From: an uncultured virus (IMG/VR IMGVR_UViG_3300033992_000526)
Lineage: Duplodnaviria; Heunggongvirae; Uroviricota; Caudoviricetes
Strand: one strand, 5' to 3'
Virus record (IMG/VR): IMGVR_UViG_3300033992_000526
Length of the DNA: 59,667 bases
The notes beneath the pieces are model-generated. The model had not been told where the DNA came from. It searched no databases and saw only the letters and a list, made by a program, of their open reading frames with translations. The position numbers and the translations under genes are program-made. Below, one piece after another: positions 1 to 10,283 of the stretch; position 1 is the first letter of the stretch, and each line of letters starts with the position of its first letter.

Positions 1-11
1 GTGCTCATCTT

Positions 12-2741
12 TTATTCAACTAGTAGTGCGTTTCCATCAGAGTCAGTAATAATGATACCGTCTGGACCAGCCAGCACATTTAATGGTTGTACATCATCAA
101 CATTCTTAATTGGGAACTTGAGATATTTATCGCCACTGTAATCTAGTGTTTGATCAATAATTAATCTATCAACTTCGAAATCAATTAACTTAAAGTCAAA
201 TCCATTAAGCTCAATCTTTCTTTTAATTTTATAGCCTTCGCCGGGTAATGCATAACAAATTGGCATCGCTTTAATAAATCCTAAAGGTGCTCCAGTTGCC
301 TGTTGAATAGTACTCATAAATCTAGGACGTAAATATTCGTCTACTTTAATAGTTTCGCCGTATATTTGAACGCTTTCTAGACTCTTTTGCCAGTTTTCAA
401 CGCTATTACTGTATAAATTAACCAGTCCCTGATTAATCAAGAAACTGATATTATCCGGACTTTTCCCTAATGTATTACTTTGGCTGTCAATAATGTCAAC
501 GTAGACAAAGTCGTAAACATAATTTCCTTGAGCGTCTTCTGCAGGAATTGTCTTGACATCTCCAAAATAGAATCTCTTATTGTAGAAATAATTCTGTAGC
601 CCTAAAACGTATTCAGCTAAGTTTAATCGCTCAATGCCGTACTCTAAAGTCATTCGAATATCTTTTTGTAGCCCGAATGCTGGATCCGATGGTCGGTATA
701 ATACCTTTGGATCGAATACATCTCTATTGTTAATAAAATCTCTATAGACTTTTCTTCTATGTCGTGCCATGAACGGTCTCATGTACACGCTGCTAAACGG
801 AGTTGGATCGTTGTCTCCAATAAGAATTGTAAACTCTTGATCAATTGTTGCCAGTCGATAGGCATTAGTAGCTTCTACTGTAAACGTATATGCACGGTCA
901 AATGTAGTTCCGCCACCATCGATGGTAAATTCTGTAGGTTGGTAGTAATCAACTTCAGTAGTTCCACCATAAGGAATTTTCCCCACAATACTTCCGTCAT
1001 TCTTAAATTCTAAACCTGCAGGTAATTCACCTTGTACAAATCTGTATTGAATTCCTAAGTCGGGTAAATTTTCATGTTGTGCTACTACTGATAGCTCACT
1101 TTGATATCCTGCTGCAATTGTTCCTACGGTAGAGGTAGTAATCCATTGTAAATCAGTGTTTACACTGCCTTGTAGTCTTAATTGAAATACTCTATCGCTT
1201 TTACTTTGATCTCCGGTCTTAGGATCAGTTTTAATCATCCTAATAGTAAATTTGTAATCTTCACTATATGCAGGTATGTACGGAATTTGTCCGTATAGGT
1301 CTCCAGACGTTTCATTTAAATTAAATCCGGGCGGCTTTTGACTCTCACTTCCAACGAATAGAATAGTATTATCTGGAATGTCGTCTCTTAGTGTAGTGTC
1401 ATATACTACCGTATCGCCTACAAGTACTGGACTATGTTTAATACCAACTACACAAGTTGAAGTAGTTCCTGTCACTGAACTGATTGTATAAGTAGTATCG
1501 TATATTGCATCGGGCACATATGTGTCCAATCTAAGCAATTGTCCAACTTGAGGCAAGCTAGACAAGCTCTTTAAATGCACCTCACTCATACCAGCACGGT
1601 TATACTTAGGTAAGAAGTCTGCACTTTCCCAATCCGTTCCGTTCCACACATAGCTAACAGTTTCATCTACTACATTGTACAAATCACCGATGGTATTAAC
1701 TAACGGTAACTCAGCAAACGTATCAACTACACCTCTTACAGTTACAGGTAAGCCACTTGGTCCTGTATTGTACTGAGTATCAGCAATAGCTCGTACTTCC
1801 GGATTTACACTAATATTATCCCAGATCCAATTAACTGCACCTAGTTCAGGGTGCGGATCATATGTTTGTATTCTAACAATTTGATAGTTCGCGGCACGAC
1901 GAATACCCAAGTTCGCCGGACTTAGCCAAGCAGGTGCATACAAGTAACTGTCGCCTGCTTGAAAACATCTTGCATCTGCTGAAATATACCCAGTGTCTGC
2001 ACGTAAGCTGTTTACATCAACAACTTGCAATTTAAATAATTTACGACTGCTATTAAAACTGTCAGTGGCAGTTACATAGAATTGATAAATTTTCTTAATG
2101 TATTTTGGACGATTAGTTTTATTTTCAATAATGAAAGCACTATCATACGGATAACGGTCATATTTTTCAGTGTCGTATCCGTTGCCTGAAACTCCAACCG
2201 GCTCTTCTTGCACAGTTATTTCATCAATAACGCCAGTTAATCTACCGTCTTCAGTTAATTTAATCCCTTTGGGTAGTTGCCCGTCTCCGTCTGCAATGTA
2301 ATATCTTAGTTTCATATTTTCAAACAAGACATTAGCTACAGCAGACAATTGATAATCTACAATATGTTCGTTTACTGCAAAACACTCACCACTGGTTCCT
2401 ACTGCTAGGAATCCGCTAGGAGTTACCCATACTGGATCTTGATTGCTAGTTACATCTACTGAAAACGTACGGTCAGCTACACCCTGTGCATTTTTTGCAC
2501 GAACTACAAATTGACTTCTAATTGTAGAAGGCACGCTCATAGGGTTTCCAATAATAAACCCAGTTGTAGTAGTCGACGTAGCAGTAGTTACTAATTGTAA
2601 AACCATTCCGTCCGGAAGCTTCCCGCTTATAACACTGAATGTAGATCCAGTGCCTTCAACTGAAAATGGTATATTAATAGCAGTTCGTTCTGTTAACGTG
2701 CCCAGGAACCCCGCATTGGTAATCCATACTGGTGCTGTCAT
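12..2741 (-). CDS. Virion structural protein with repeated putative Ig-like domains (baseplate wedge-like)
   Basis: 909 aa ORF with repeated 'LP.G..L...G.l.G' putative-Ig motifs (LPKGIKLTEDGRLTG, PPGFNLNETSGDLYG, LPAGLEFKNDGSIVG); co-oriented with adjacent baseplate/fibre genes. Confidence 0.65.
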   Translation of the reverse strand: MTAPVWITNAGFLGTLTERTAINIPFSVEGTGSTFSVISGKLPDGMVLQLVTTATSTTTTGFIIGNPMSVPSTIRSQFVVRAKNAQGVADRTFSVDVTSNQDPVWVTPSGFLAVGTSGECFAVNEHIVDYQLSAVANVLFENMKLRYYIADGDGQLPKGIKLTEDGRLTGVIDEITVQEEPVGVSGNGYDTEKYDRYPYDSAFIIENKTNRPKYIKKIYQFYVTATDSFNSSRKLFKLQVVDVNSLRADTGYISADARCFQAGDSYLYAPAWLSPANLGIRRAANYQIVRIQTYDPHPELGAVNWIWDNISVNPEVRAIADTQYNTGPSGLPVTVRGVVDTFAELPLVNTIGDLYNVVDETVSYVWNGTDWESADFLPKYNRAGMSEVHLKSLSSLPQVGQLLRLDTYVPDAIYDTTYTISSVTGTTSTCVVGIKHSPVLVGDTVVYDTTLRDDIPDNTILFVGSESQKPPGFNLNETSGDLYGQIPYIPAYSEDYKFTIRMIKTDPKTGDQSKSDRVFQLRLQGSVNTDLQWITTSTVGTIAAGYQSELSVVAQHENLPDLGIQYRFVQGELPAGLEFKNDGSIVGKIPYGGTTEVDYYQPTEFTIDGGGTTFDRAYTFTVEATNAYRLATIDQEFTILIGDNDPTPFSSVYMRPFMARHRRKVYRDFINNRDVFDPKVLYRPSDPAFGLQKDIRMTLEYGIERLNLAEYVLGLQNYFYNKRFYFGDVKTIPAEDAQGNYVYDFVYVDIIDSQSNTLGKSPDNISFLINQGLVNLYSNSVENWQKSLESVQIYGETIKVDEYLRPRFMSTIQQATGAPLGFIKAMPICYALPGEGYKIKRKIELNGFDFKLIDFEVDRLIIDQTLDYSGDKYLKFPIKNVDDVQPLNVLAGPDGIIITDSDGNALLVE

Positions 2742-2742
2742 A

Positions 2743-3267
2743 TTATAACCTAAACAAACTTACTTGAGCACGCCAAGAAATTACATTAGTAGCAGTTAGT
2801 CCGGAAACATTATAGGCCTGTACTCTCACTCGATTGTCATAGATTGATGTATCTACAATGTCCCAGTTGGCATTATTGGTGCTACCGTTTTCAAATAAGC
2901 TCACAATTCCTGTACCTAACACATGACTGGTAGTGCTATTCCAGGTTACCATATAGCTACTTCCGGAATCCTGTGTATCAGTAGTTTGGTTCTCTGCTAG
3001 AATATCTATGCTAGCACCTCTATATATTCTTTTATCAAATTCAAAAAGTTGCACAGCCGTAGAGTTGTCGCCCGGTAAGGTAAATGTGCCACCAAATGAT
3101 TGTAGTTCAATTGCAGGCACTTCACCACTATCGCTGATAACAACAGATGACGTACTGGAACTTTGAACTTGTGAAAAGTTTTGATTAATTTTGTGGAATG
3201 CTACTCGGAGACTATCACCGTCTCCTTTGTTTGCACTTGTTCCAGTGTTGATGTATTGTAATGCCAT
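2743..3267 (-). CDS. Baseplate/fibre-associated protein with T4 gp9/gp10-like N-terminus
   Basis: N-terminal INTGTSANKGDGDSLRVAFHKINQNF resembles the gp9/gp10 N-terminal motif. Confidence 0.65.
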   Translation of the reverse strand: MALQYINTGTSANKGDGDSLRVAFHKINQNFSQVQSSSTSSVVISDSGEVPAIELQSFGGTFTLPGDNSTAVQLFEFDKRIYRGASIDILAENQTTDTQDSGSSYMVTWNSTTSHVLGTGIVSLFENGSTNNANWDIVDTSIYDNRVRVQAYNVSGLTATNVISWRAQVSLFRL

Positions 3268-6200
3268 TAAATTCTCCCTACTACAACTTCAATGACGCCA
3301 ATTGTTTGACTATCATAATCTTCTAATGCTTTGCCAATTACTGAACCCATTGCAGGATTCTTTTCAGCAGTTGCAACACCCGGAGCACCACTAGAAATTA
3401 ACATATCGCCTTTGCGTACTTTACCTACAACTTTACATGGAACACGACCAGTAAGTGCAATAAAGACGCCACCTTCTAGTTCGGCATTCATTTTGAACGC
3501 CGGATTAGTTGCAACCACGCCGGCGATCCTGCGGTCCATGAATTCTACCGCAGCAGTAACTTCTTTTGCACCGCCAAATACTACAACAGTACCTGGCTCA
3601 TAATGTGCATCTGGCAAATATTTTTCTGCCAAGTCACCGTATTTTGCATAGTAAGCAGTGCCATAAACTGTTCCAAACAAGTTATCACTTTGACCAATGT
3701 CGCCAGTTCCGTTAGTGCCGCTCTTTGTGATGCTCGGAACAGTCGGAGTACCGGTTATGTTACCGCTAAATGTTGCAGTAACGGTCCCTGCACTAAAATT
3801 GCCACTACCGTCTCTAAAGACCAGTGTACTTGCACTATTAGAACTTGTACCGTTTGAAGTAACGGTGAATGTTTGAGTTTCTCCTGTTGTGCTACCGCTT
3901 AGACCATATCCGCTAGTTGCACCAGTAGATACATAATCTCCAGTTGTATCAGTACCTAATGCAACACTATTGTTTGATATAGTAGTCACAATGTTGATAC
4001 CACCTGCACCAGAGAAACTAGCACTACCAGTAACATCACCGCTAAGTTGAATAGTTACCGCAGCATCTAAGCTCTGTGCAGTAGTTGCAGTACCTTGGAA
4101 TCTGTTCGCATAGACATTAACGTATCGCTTGCCATTTTCACCAATGTCGTATGTTAAGTTAGCACTAGGTTCTAACTTTTGAGTAACTAACGTACCTACC
4201 ATAGTGTCGCCACTGGTATTGATATAGTTTAGGTTAGCCCATTGTCTGTTAACAGCATCTTTATCAGCTGCTGGATCGGCCATATTAACAATACGGTTGT
4301 CGCCCATCTTGATAGTATCGAGCATTTCTAAAACGCCGCCACGATCTAAGAATCCATTACCGATTGGACTGACACCTGCGGTAGTATTGTTTCTGTTTAG
4401 GCCTAATCTACTATTAACATATGTTTGTATAGCACGTTCAGTTGGAACGCTGTTATTACTGTTGCCGCCTAACGTACCGTCTACGCTAAACACCTGTACA
4501 AGAGTCTGCCCACGTTTAAAGCTAATGCCATCAACGTTAGTTAAACTAATCGGAGCACTGATACTCACAGTACCGCGACCTTGGTCTACGCTGAAGAACT
4601 TACCAACTTTAAAGTTACCGTCTTGGTCAGTAGTGGCATAGTATACACGACCTTTTCCTACCTCTTGAGTTTCTAATGCCGAGTCTGGAGGATTGCTTGG
4701 AGGGCCGTATAAATCGTTTGGATACTTACTGTCAGCATAGCCTCCTGTACCTACGTTCAACATGTCGTGTCCGGTAACACGCATTGTAGAAATACGTACA
4801 GTAATATCACCCGGTTGATTAGATGTAATACCTGCTTTTAATGCTGTAGCCAAAACTTGATGTTGTAATGTAGCACCATCACTAACTCTCTCAACAACAA
4901 TTTCTCCCCATTCATTATAAGTTTCGTCGCTGTTAATATAATCTGTAATTTTATACAAATTACCTGCATGACCAAATATATAATAGTAAGGAGTACTTGC
5001 AGTTAATCCCGCACCTATCCTTGCCTGATCATCTGCGTCAAGGTCTACAACTTTGATCCTGTTATTACCAGTTTCGCCATCTGGGTAAGCTGTTACAGTA
5101 GCTGTGGCAGATCCTCCAGTAATCGTGATATTACTAACACTGGTTCCGGCGTAGCCTGCACCCTGATTAGTTAAAATAACTTTAAAAATTTGTCCACTGC
5201 TGTTAGCCTTGCCGTAACCAACTGCCTGTGTTCCGGAGAATGTTAGGCCAGTACTGTTAGGCCATGTCCATGTTCGGTCAACTCTAATCTGTGTAGAACT
5301 AGAATTAACCCAAGTTACATAAGTTGCAGCACCGTTAGGATCAGCACCACCAGATGTTAAAGTTACACGACTACCTATCATTATAGTGCCGCTTGCACCA
5401 CTGATAGTAATTAAATCAGTATCTGTTGCAGTGCCATTAACTGATGCAGTTCCTGCGGTACTTGGTGCAGGAATTGTTGCAGTATAGTTTGTGGTAGTCG
5501 AACCAAATCCAGCACCGCCGCTGGTAATTGTTAATTTGCCTAAGCCTTGTCTGTATAAACCGTTACTCTCAGTCCACGGAGTTAGGTTAATATAGTTGTA
5601 AGGAGTATCACTTTCTGCAAGTGCAGTATCTCCGCCAAGGTCTGAATATTTTAATACACGATATACGTATGTTGGATCTTCGTCTAAAGTCAATACAGTA
5701 CTAGGACGGCTTAATGTTGCTGCATTTACATCTAATAATTCTTGATTGTAGTATATGCGTAACGTGGCTTTCTCACCGTTTGCAATAGCTGCCCTTAGTC
5801 CCTGTCCTTGCCCGTCATCTAATGATAGAGAATACACGGTACTATCAAATGTATCTTGTACTGCACTCTTGACATTATAAAGGACAACAGTTCCACTATG
5901 GTTAACTTCAAGTTGACTTTGTGCAATAGGTGCATAAGACAACCCAGTTACATACAAGGTTGCATCTTCAGCTTTGTTTGTGTATGTGCCTGCTGCGGTA
6001 ATTGTGGCAATCTGGCTAGTAGAACGTTTGTTTCTAACTGCAATTGGAACCTCTGTTGGATCGCTCCCCTCTGACTTAAGACCATTTAGACCGTAGGAAG
6101 TAGAACCAGCAATACTACGACATTGAGCACCATTTAAAGAATAGTACGCACTATAGCAGTAGTAAGTAAACATGGAAACGTTTTCTACTAAACCGCCGTT

Positions 6201-9200
6201 AGTTGCAAAAATACCGTAGCCTAAGTCGTTGATCTGTGTGAAGTCGTTAGCCAACATACTTCTATTACCAGCTGTGATTAATGTGATCTCGCTTGGTAAA
6301 GGATGTGCTGCGGTAACAATGAATCCAGGTTTAACTGTGGCCACATATGCTAACCCAGTACCAAATGTTACTGCCGGATCTGAATTATAGCCGCTGCCTG
6401 CTGTTCCAATAGTAATTGCAGTAATTGTACCATTGCCGTCTACACTGGCCACTGTTGCGGCAGCACTTGTACCACCGGAACTTGGGAAATTAATAACTGT
6501 GCCAACTGCGTATCCAACACCACCGTCGATAATTTCGTAACCAGTAATTGCACCTGAACTATTTCTAGTCCAACTAATTCGAGCACCACCAATAACAATA
6601 TTTGGGCAACCTTGAGTAGTTCCGAACGTGAATAATCCGTTTGTATACCCTGATCCTGGGAAGGATACAGAAACACTAGATACATTACCCGAAACTCCAA
6701 TCACCGCAGTACCTGTTGCATTTAGACCACCTGCCTGTGTCGGAGCACTGAATCTTACAGGTACTGTTCCTGCGTTAGCTTTAAATCCTGTAGCAATGTT
6801 TCCTGCATTAGTAATAGTGGCAATACCACCTGGACGTAACGGATTTAAGTTTAAACTACCTGTACCGTTTGTTGGATTAAAGTTACTAACAAAGCTGACT
6901 TCGTATGTAACACCGCTATGAACAAAGAAGCAAGGCACTTGGGGACGAATATATCCTTCACCAGGCACAACACTCGGACGTCCAATGCTGCCAGTAGTCA
7001 ATGCTGAATTAATTCTTACTGGATAGCCTGTTCCTGATGCAGTAGTAATGCTAGCAGGAGTCATCTTAGTATTGCCGGAGAATCCGTCAATAAACATACC
7101 ACCTGCAAATACGTGCCTGTTCTTGCTCTTAGAGAAGCTAGAAGCAGTTTGAGTATATGGGGACTTGGCAAGAATTTGACCGTCTGGGTCAAGTACTTTC
7201 ATGAAGCCGCCGTGTCCTTGACAACTAATATATCGATTAATTGTTGCATCGTTCATCAAGAACACATCCATTTGATCGTTATACTTGGGAGGATTAAAAT
7301 CAGGATCGTTGTTGACAATGCGTGAGCAGGCCTGCACTAAGTCTGCTAAGATTAAATCAGACCCACTACTAACTAGTGTACCACCAACTGGGTCAGTGAA
7401 CACTTGATCTTCGACCGCTTGATAAGAAGTAACAGGTTGTTGATTCTTAATAATTCGTTGACCAATAGTGTTAATATAGTTAATAGCCGCAACAGTCTCT
7501 GCTAGTTGGGATCCTTTAACTACTGCAACATTTCGATAGCTATCGCCTGCATTAATAGTTCTATTATTTCCACCGTTAGTTAAATCGTATGCAATTGAAT
7601 CAACAATAATACCGATGTCTCTTGCACATTTATCTTCATCAAATACAAAACTAGGGTATGTAGCATTTAGGAAGCCAATACATTCTGCTTTGATAAATTC
7701 TCGGTTGTCTAGTAGAATAGAACCGGCATTATTATAACCACCACTGTTAGTCTGAGTAGTTAATGTGTTAACTGGACGACTAGCATCTCTTAGGTAATGA
7801 TATCCGTATTTGAACGGTTCATATATATGCCATGCACCGTAAGCAATAGTATTGCCTACTGTATAATTGTAAGCACTCTTTTCAAAATTAACTTCGTTCT
7901 GTGCTAGAGAAACTGCAAAAGTATTGCTACTTACGGCTCGAACTTCACCTTGTGCAGAAACTGCACCGGTAGTTTTGAAAATCTTTCCAATCCAATTGGT
8001 GCTAACAACTCCTGCATCTACAGTAACAGTAACAGTTTGTGTAACTGAGTCATTATCAGTTGAGCTGATAGTAATACCTGCTGCACTTGCATAATCAGTT
8101 GCAGTGTTTAATTGTGTTACAATAATACCGTCAATTTGGGCATCTCTAAAGAAGTATGTATTAGCCCATTTAGAACTACTAATACCTGGAAGTCTTGTAC
8201 CTTCTAAAGGTGCAGGTTTAATAACACTTCGGCGGAATTCATCACCACGGATAGAACAGTTTTCCGGAACCTTAATTGGGTATTGATCGTTATGCTCACC
8301 CGACTCTACCATAATAGTAGATTGATTCTTGTTCTGTTTTTGGCCCCATTGTAGCTCTTCGTTTAATTCAAAGTCGGCAGCATAGACGTGCCACTTATCA
8401 TAGTCAACAACATCGCCATTTTGTAATCCGAGACCATCTCTAAACTCAACAACAATAGTGTCTCTAACGTTTTGATCGTCGTCTAGTTCTTGAATAATTC
8501 GAGAAATATATCCATAGCTTATGACACCGTAACTAGAATTAGTGATGACAAATTTGTAACCAATCCAAAAATCTGGAATGTCAATGCTGTCTGCTACGTC
8601 TAATAAGAACGCTACTTCGGTAATTTCACCACCACTGGTTACATACGCATTATAGCTGAACGGCTCTGGTTCAACTGCCATACGATATGGTTTAGCGTAA
8701 TCAACTGGAGTAATATCATAGTATTCATAGCCATTCACGTCATCGAGTGTAATAGCTTCAACTAGACCTACTGCTTCACTGCTTGCACCAATGATGTAGT
8801 TTCCTGGGAAAATACTTTTATTAATAAAGGGATCTGATCCAATATTAAAACTAGCTGGATCTAGTGTTAATCTTAAGCGGATACCAAAAGAGCTAGTGTC
8901 TAGCAATGTACTAGTGGTTATGTTAGTAACAACAGGATTTGCTGTGCCGTTACTCATCGAAACAGTTTTTTGGTACGGTCCTAGTACAATTTGACTTGCT
9001 GCAATAAATTGTTCTGCTGCTTCTGCGGCACGATTAACAGTTTTAAATGCATAGGCAAAGGCCCGCCCACGTTTATAGCTAGGTAAAGAATACTGATGAT
9101 CGTCACCACTTAAACTAACAAAGAAGTTTTGGCGACTTGCAAAACCACTGTTGTCAACAAGTTCGTCAACATATCCTTTGTTAACAATGTGAGTAGAACT

Positions 9201-9752
9201 TGTAGGACTTACTAATAATTCAACATTATCCCGAATCGTACTCATTCCGTCATATATGCTCTCACTTACACTAGTGTTATCATATCTAGTAATACCGTCA
9301 CGGTTAACAAAGTTCTCATAAACCCACTTACGACTAACTGCATCCCAATCTGCATGTGGACCTGTGTTATCCATGTTAATGATACTAAATGCATTCTCAC
9401 CGCTGATGTCTGCTGCTAGTGTTGGATTCTTATCACTTGATAGGCTAGATGCAGTATTAACGATCCTGATTTCAGTTGAACTTGTAACAAAGTCAATGTT
9501 AATACCTGTGCCAGCTACTAAAATTTTATTAAGAAATTTATTACCTTCTGCGTTAACTTGTAAAATAGCATTGGGTCTTAATGTGCTAGGAGCTTCCTTT
9601 AGTCTTAAAAAGCTGAATCCAGCACCAAAACCTAACAATGTATAGATGTCTGTAAAGTTAGAGTTAACTTTCTGAAAAGCTGCATAGACGCTGTCGCCTG
9701 TTCCATCGTTTGGTTCGCTACCGATATTGATAATCTGTTGATTTAGTGGCAT
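3267..9752 (-). CDS. Giant tail fibre/spike protein (gp10-like N-terminus, beta-helix-like region, C-terminal intramolecular chaperone-like domain)
   Basis: 2161 aa; N-terminal INIGSEPNDGTGDSVYAAFQKVNSNF; G.GY repeats; C-terminal GDLAEKY...YEPGTVVVFGG...ALTGRVPCKVVG typical of phage fibre C-termini. Confidence 0.75.
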   Translation of the reverse strand: MPLNQQIINIGSEPNDGTGDSVYAAFQKVNSNFTDIYTLLGFGAGFSFLRLKEAPSTLRPNAILQVNAEGNKFLNKILVAGTGINIDFVTSSTEIRIVNTASSLSSDKNPTLAADISGENAFSIINMDNTGPHADWDAVSRKWVYENFVNRDGITRYDNTSVSESIYDGMSTIRDNVELLVSPTSSTHIVNKGYVDELVDNSGFASRQNFFVSLSGDDHQYSLPSYKRGRAFAYAFKTVNRAAEAAEQFIAASQIVLGPYQKTVSMSNGTANPVVTNITTSTLLDTSSFGIRLRLTLDPASFNIGSDPFINKSIFPGNYIIGASSEAVGLVEAITLDDVNGYEYYDITPVDYAKPYRMAVEPEPFSYNAYVTSGGEITEVAFLLDVADSIDIPDFWIGYKFVITNSSYGVISYGYISRIIQELDDDQNVRDTIVVEFRDGLGLQNGDVVDYDKWHVYAADFELNEELQWGQKQNKNQSTIMVESGEHNDQYPIKVPENCSIRGDEFRRSVIKPAPLEGTRLPGISSSKWANTYFFRDAQIDGIIVTQLNTATDYASAAGITISSTDNDSVTQTVTVTVDAGVVSTNWIGKIFKTTGAVSAQGEVRAVSSNTFAVSLAQNEVNFEKSAYNYTVGNTIAYGAWHIYEPFKYGYHYLRDASRPVNTLTTQTNSGGYNNAGSILLDNREFIKAECIGFLNATYPSFVFDEDKCARDIGIIVDSIAYDLTNGGNNRTINAGDSYRNVAVVKGSQLAETVAAINYINTIGQRIIKNQQPVTSYQAVEDQVFTDPVGGTLVSSGSDLILADLVQACSRIVNNDPDFNPPKYNDQMDVFLMNDATINRYISCQGHGGFMKVLDPDGQILAKSPYTQTASSFSKSKNRHVFAGGMFIDGFSGNTKMTPASITTASGTGYPVRINSALTTGSIGRPSVVPGEGYIRPQVPCFFVHSGVTYEVSFVSNFNPTNGTGSLNLNPLRPGGIATITNAGNIATGFKANAGTVPVRFSAPTQAGGLNATGTAVIGVSGNVSSVSVSFPGSGYTNGLFTFGTTQGCPNIVIGGARISWTRNSSGAITGYEIIDGGVGYAVGTVINFPSSGGTSAAATVASVDGNGTITAITIGTAGSGYNSDPAVTFGTGLAYVATVKPGFIVTAAHPLPSEITLITAGNRSMLANDFTQINDLGYGIFATNGGLVENVSMFTYYCYSAYYSLNGAQCRSIAGSTSYGLNGLKSEGSDPTEVPIAVRNKRSTSQIATITAAGTYTNKAEDATLYVTGLSYAPIAQSQLEVNHSGTVVLYNVKSAVQDTFDSTVYSLSLDDGQGQGLRAAIANGEKATLRIYYNQELLDVNAATLSRPSTVLTLDEDPTYVYRVLKYSDLGGDTALAESDTPYNYINLTPWTESNGLYRQGLGKLTITSGGAGFGSTTTNYTATIPAPSTAGTASVNGTATDTDLITISGASGTIMIGSRVTLTSGGADPNGAATYVTWVNSSSTQIRVDRTWTWPNSTGLTFSGTQAVGYGKANSSGQIFKVILTNQGAGYAGTSVSNITITGGSATATVTAYPDGETGNNRIKVVDLDADDQARIGAGLTASTPYYYIFGHAGNLYKITDYINSDETYNEWGEIVVERVSDGATLQHQVLATALKAGITSNQPGDITVRISTMRVTGHDMLNVGTGGYADSKYPNDLYGPPSNPPDSALETQEVGKGRVYYATTDQDGNFKVGKFFSVDQGRGTVSISAPISLTNVDGISFKRGQTLVQVFSVDGTLGGNSNNSVPTERAIQTYVNSRLGLNRNNTTAGVSPIGNGFLDRGGVLEMLDTIKMGDNRIVNMADPAADKDAVNRQWANLNYINTSGDTMVGTLVTQKLEPSANLTYDIGENGKRYVNVYANRFQGTATTAQSLDAAVTIQLSGDVTGSASFSGAGGINIVTTISNNSVALGTDTTGDYVSTGATSGYGLSGSTTGETQTFTVTSNGTSSNSASTLVFRDGSGNFSAGTVTATFSGNITGTPTVPSITKSGTNGTGDIGQSDNLFGTVYGTAYYAKYGDLAEKYLPDAHYEPGTVVVFGGAKEVTAAVEFMDRRIAGVVATNPAFKMNAELEGGVFIALTGRVPCKVVGKVRKGDMLISSGAPGVATAEKNPAMGSVIGKALEDYDSQTIGVIEVVVGRI

Positions 9753-9913
9753 AATTTCCTCTGTACTACACCATATTTATTCTGGTAAAATTCTGTCAAA
9801 ATAACAGCAGGTAGTATTCTACAAGTATTTATTTTAAGTTACTCAAAGGGTGTTAAATGAAATTCCTGTAATAGTAAATAAAGTATCGAGTTAATACTTT
9901 TAAGGAGATATCG

Positions 9914-10258
9914 ATGTTTAAAACAATTAAAGAATTCTTCCTAGGCAAGCCAGTTGAAACACCGGCAGCACCCAAGGTTGAAGAAACAAAGCCTGTACAT
10001 GCAAATGATGTGGTACTACAACCGGTAGTTGAGGAAGTGCAACCAGTAGTAGAAGCTAAGGTTGATCCGGTTTCAGTCGCATTAGATTTAGAACCAATGG
10101 ATTTTGCAACCGCTACTACTCCGGTAACTGCTAAGACGCCGCGTAAACCACGTGCTCCTAAAGCTGTGGTTGCAACTCCGGCAAAAGCCACAAAGCCTAA
10201 AGCAGAAAAAACTGCACCAAAAAAGGTAGCAGTAATTAAAGCAAAGAAGGTAAAATAA
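9914..10258 (+). CDS. Small protein with acidic middle and Lys/Ala/Pro-rich histone-like C-terminal tail
   Basis: AAGGAG SD before ATG; C-terminus KTPRKPRAPKAVVATPAKATKPKAEKTAPKK. Confidence 0.7.
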   Translation: MFKTIKEFFLGKPVETPAAPKVEETKPVHANDVVLQPVVEEVQPVVEAKVDPVSVALDLEPMDFATATTPVTAKTPRKPRAPKAVVATPAKATKPKAEKTAPKKVAVIKAKKVK

Positions 10259-10283
10259 AAAAGGGCTCCGAGAGCCCTTTTTT
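10257..10283. terminator. Bidirectional intrinsic terminator
   Basis: AAAAAAGGGCTC-CGA-GAGCCCTTTTTT between convergent genes. Confidence 0.85.

Noticed and set aside
3331..9645. Plus-strand ORFs within the tail-fibre gene
   Set aside because: Antisense shadows of a long codon-biased gene; no SD or recognisable motifs
9853..10191. 112-aa minus-strand ORF
   Set aside because: Antisense to the plus-strand gene that has SD, promoter motif and terminator
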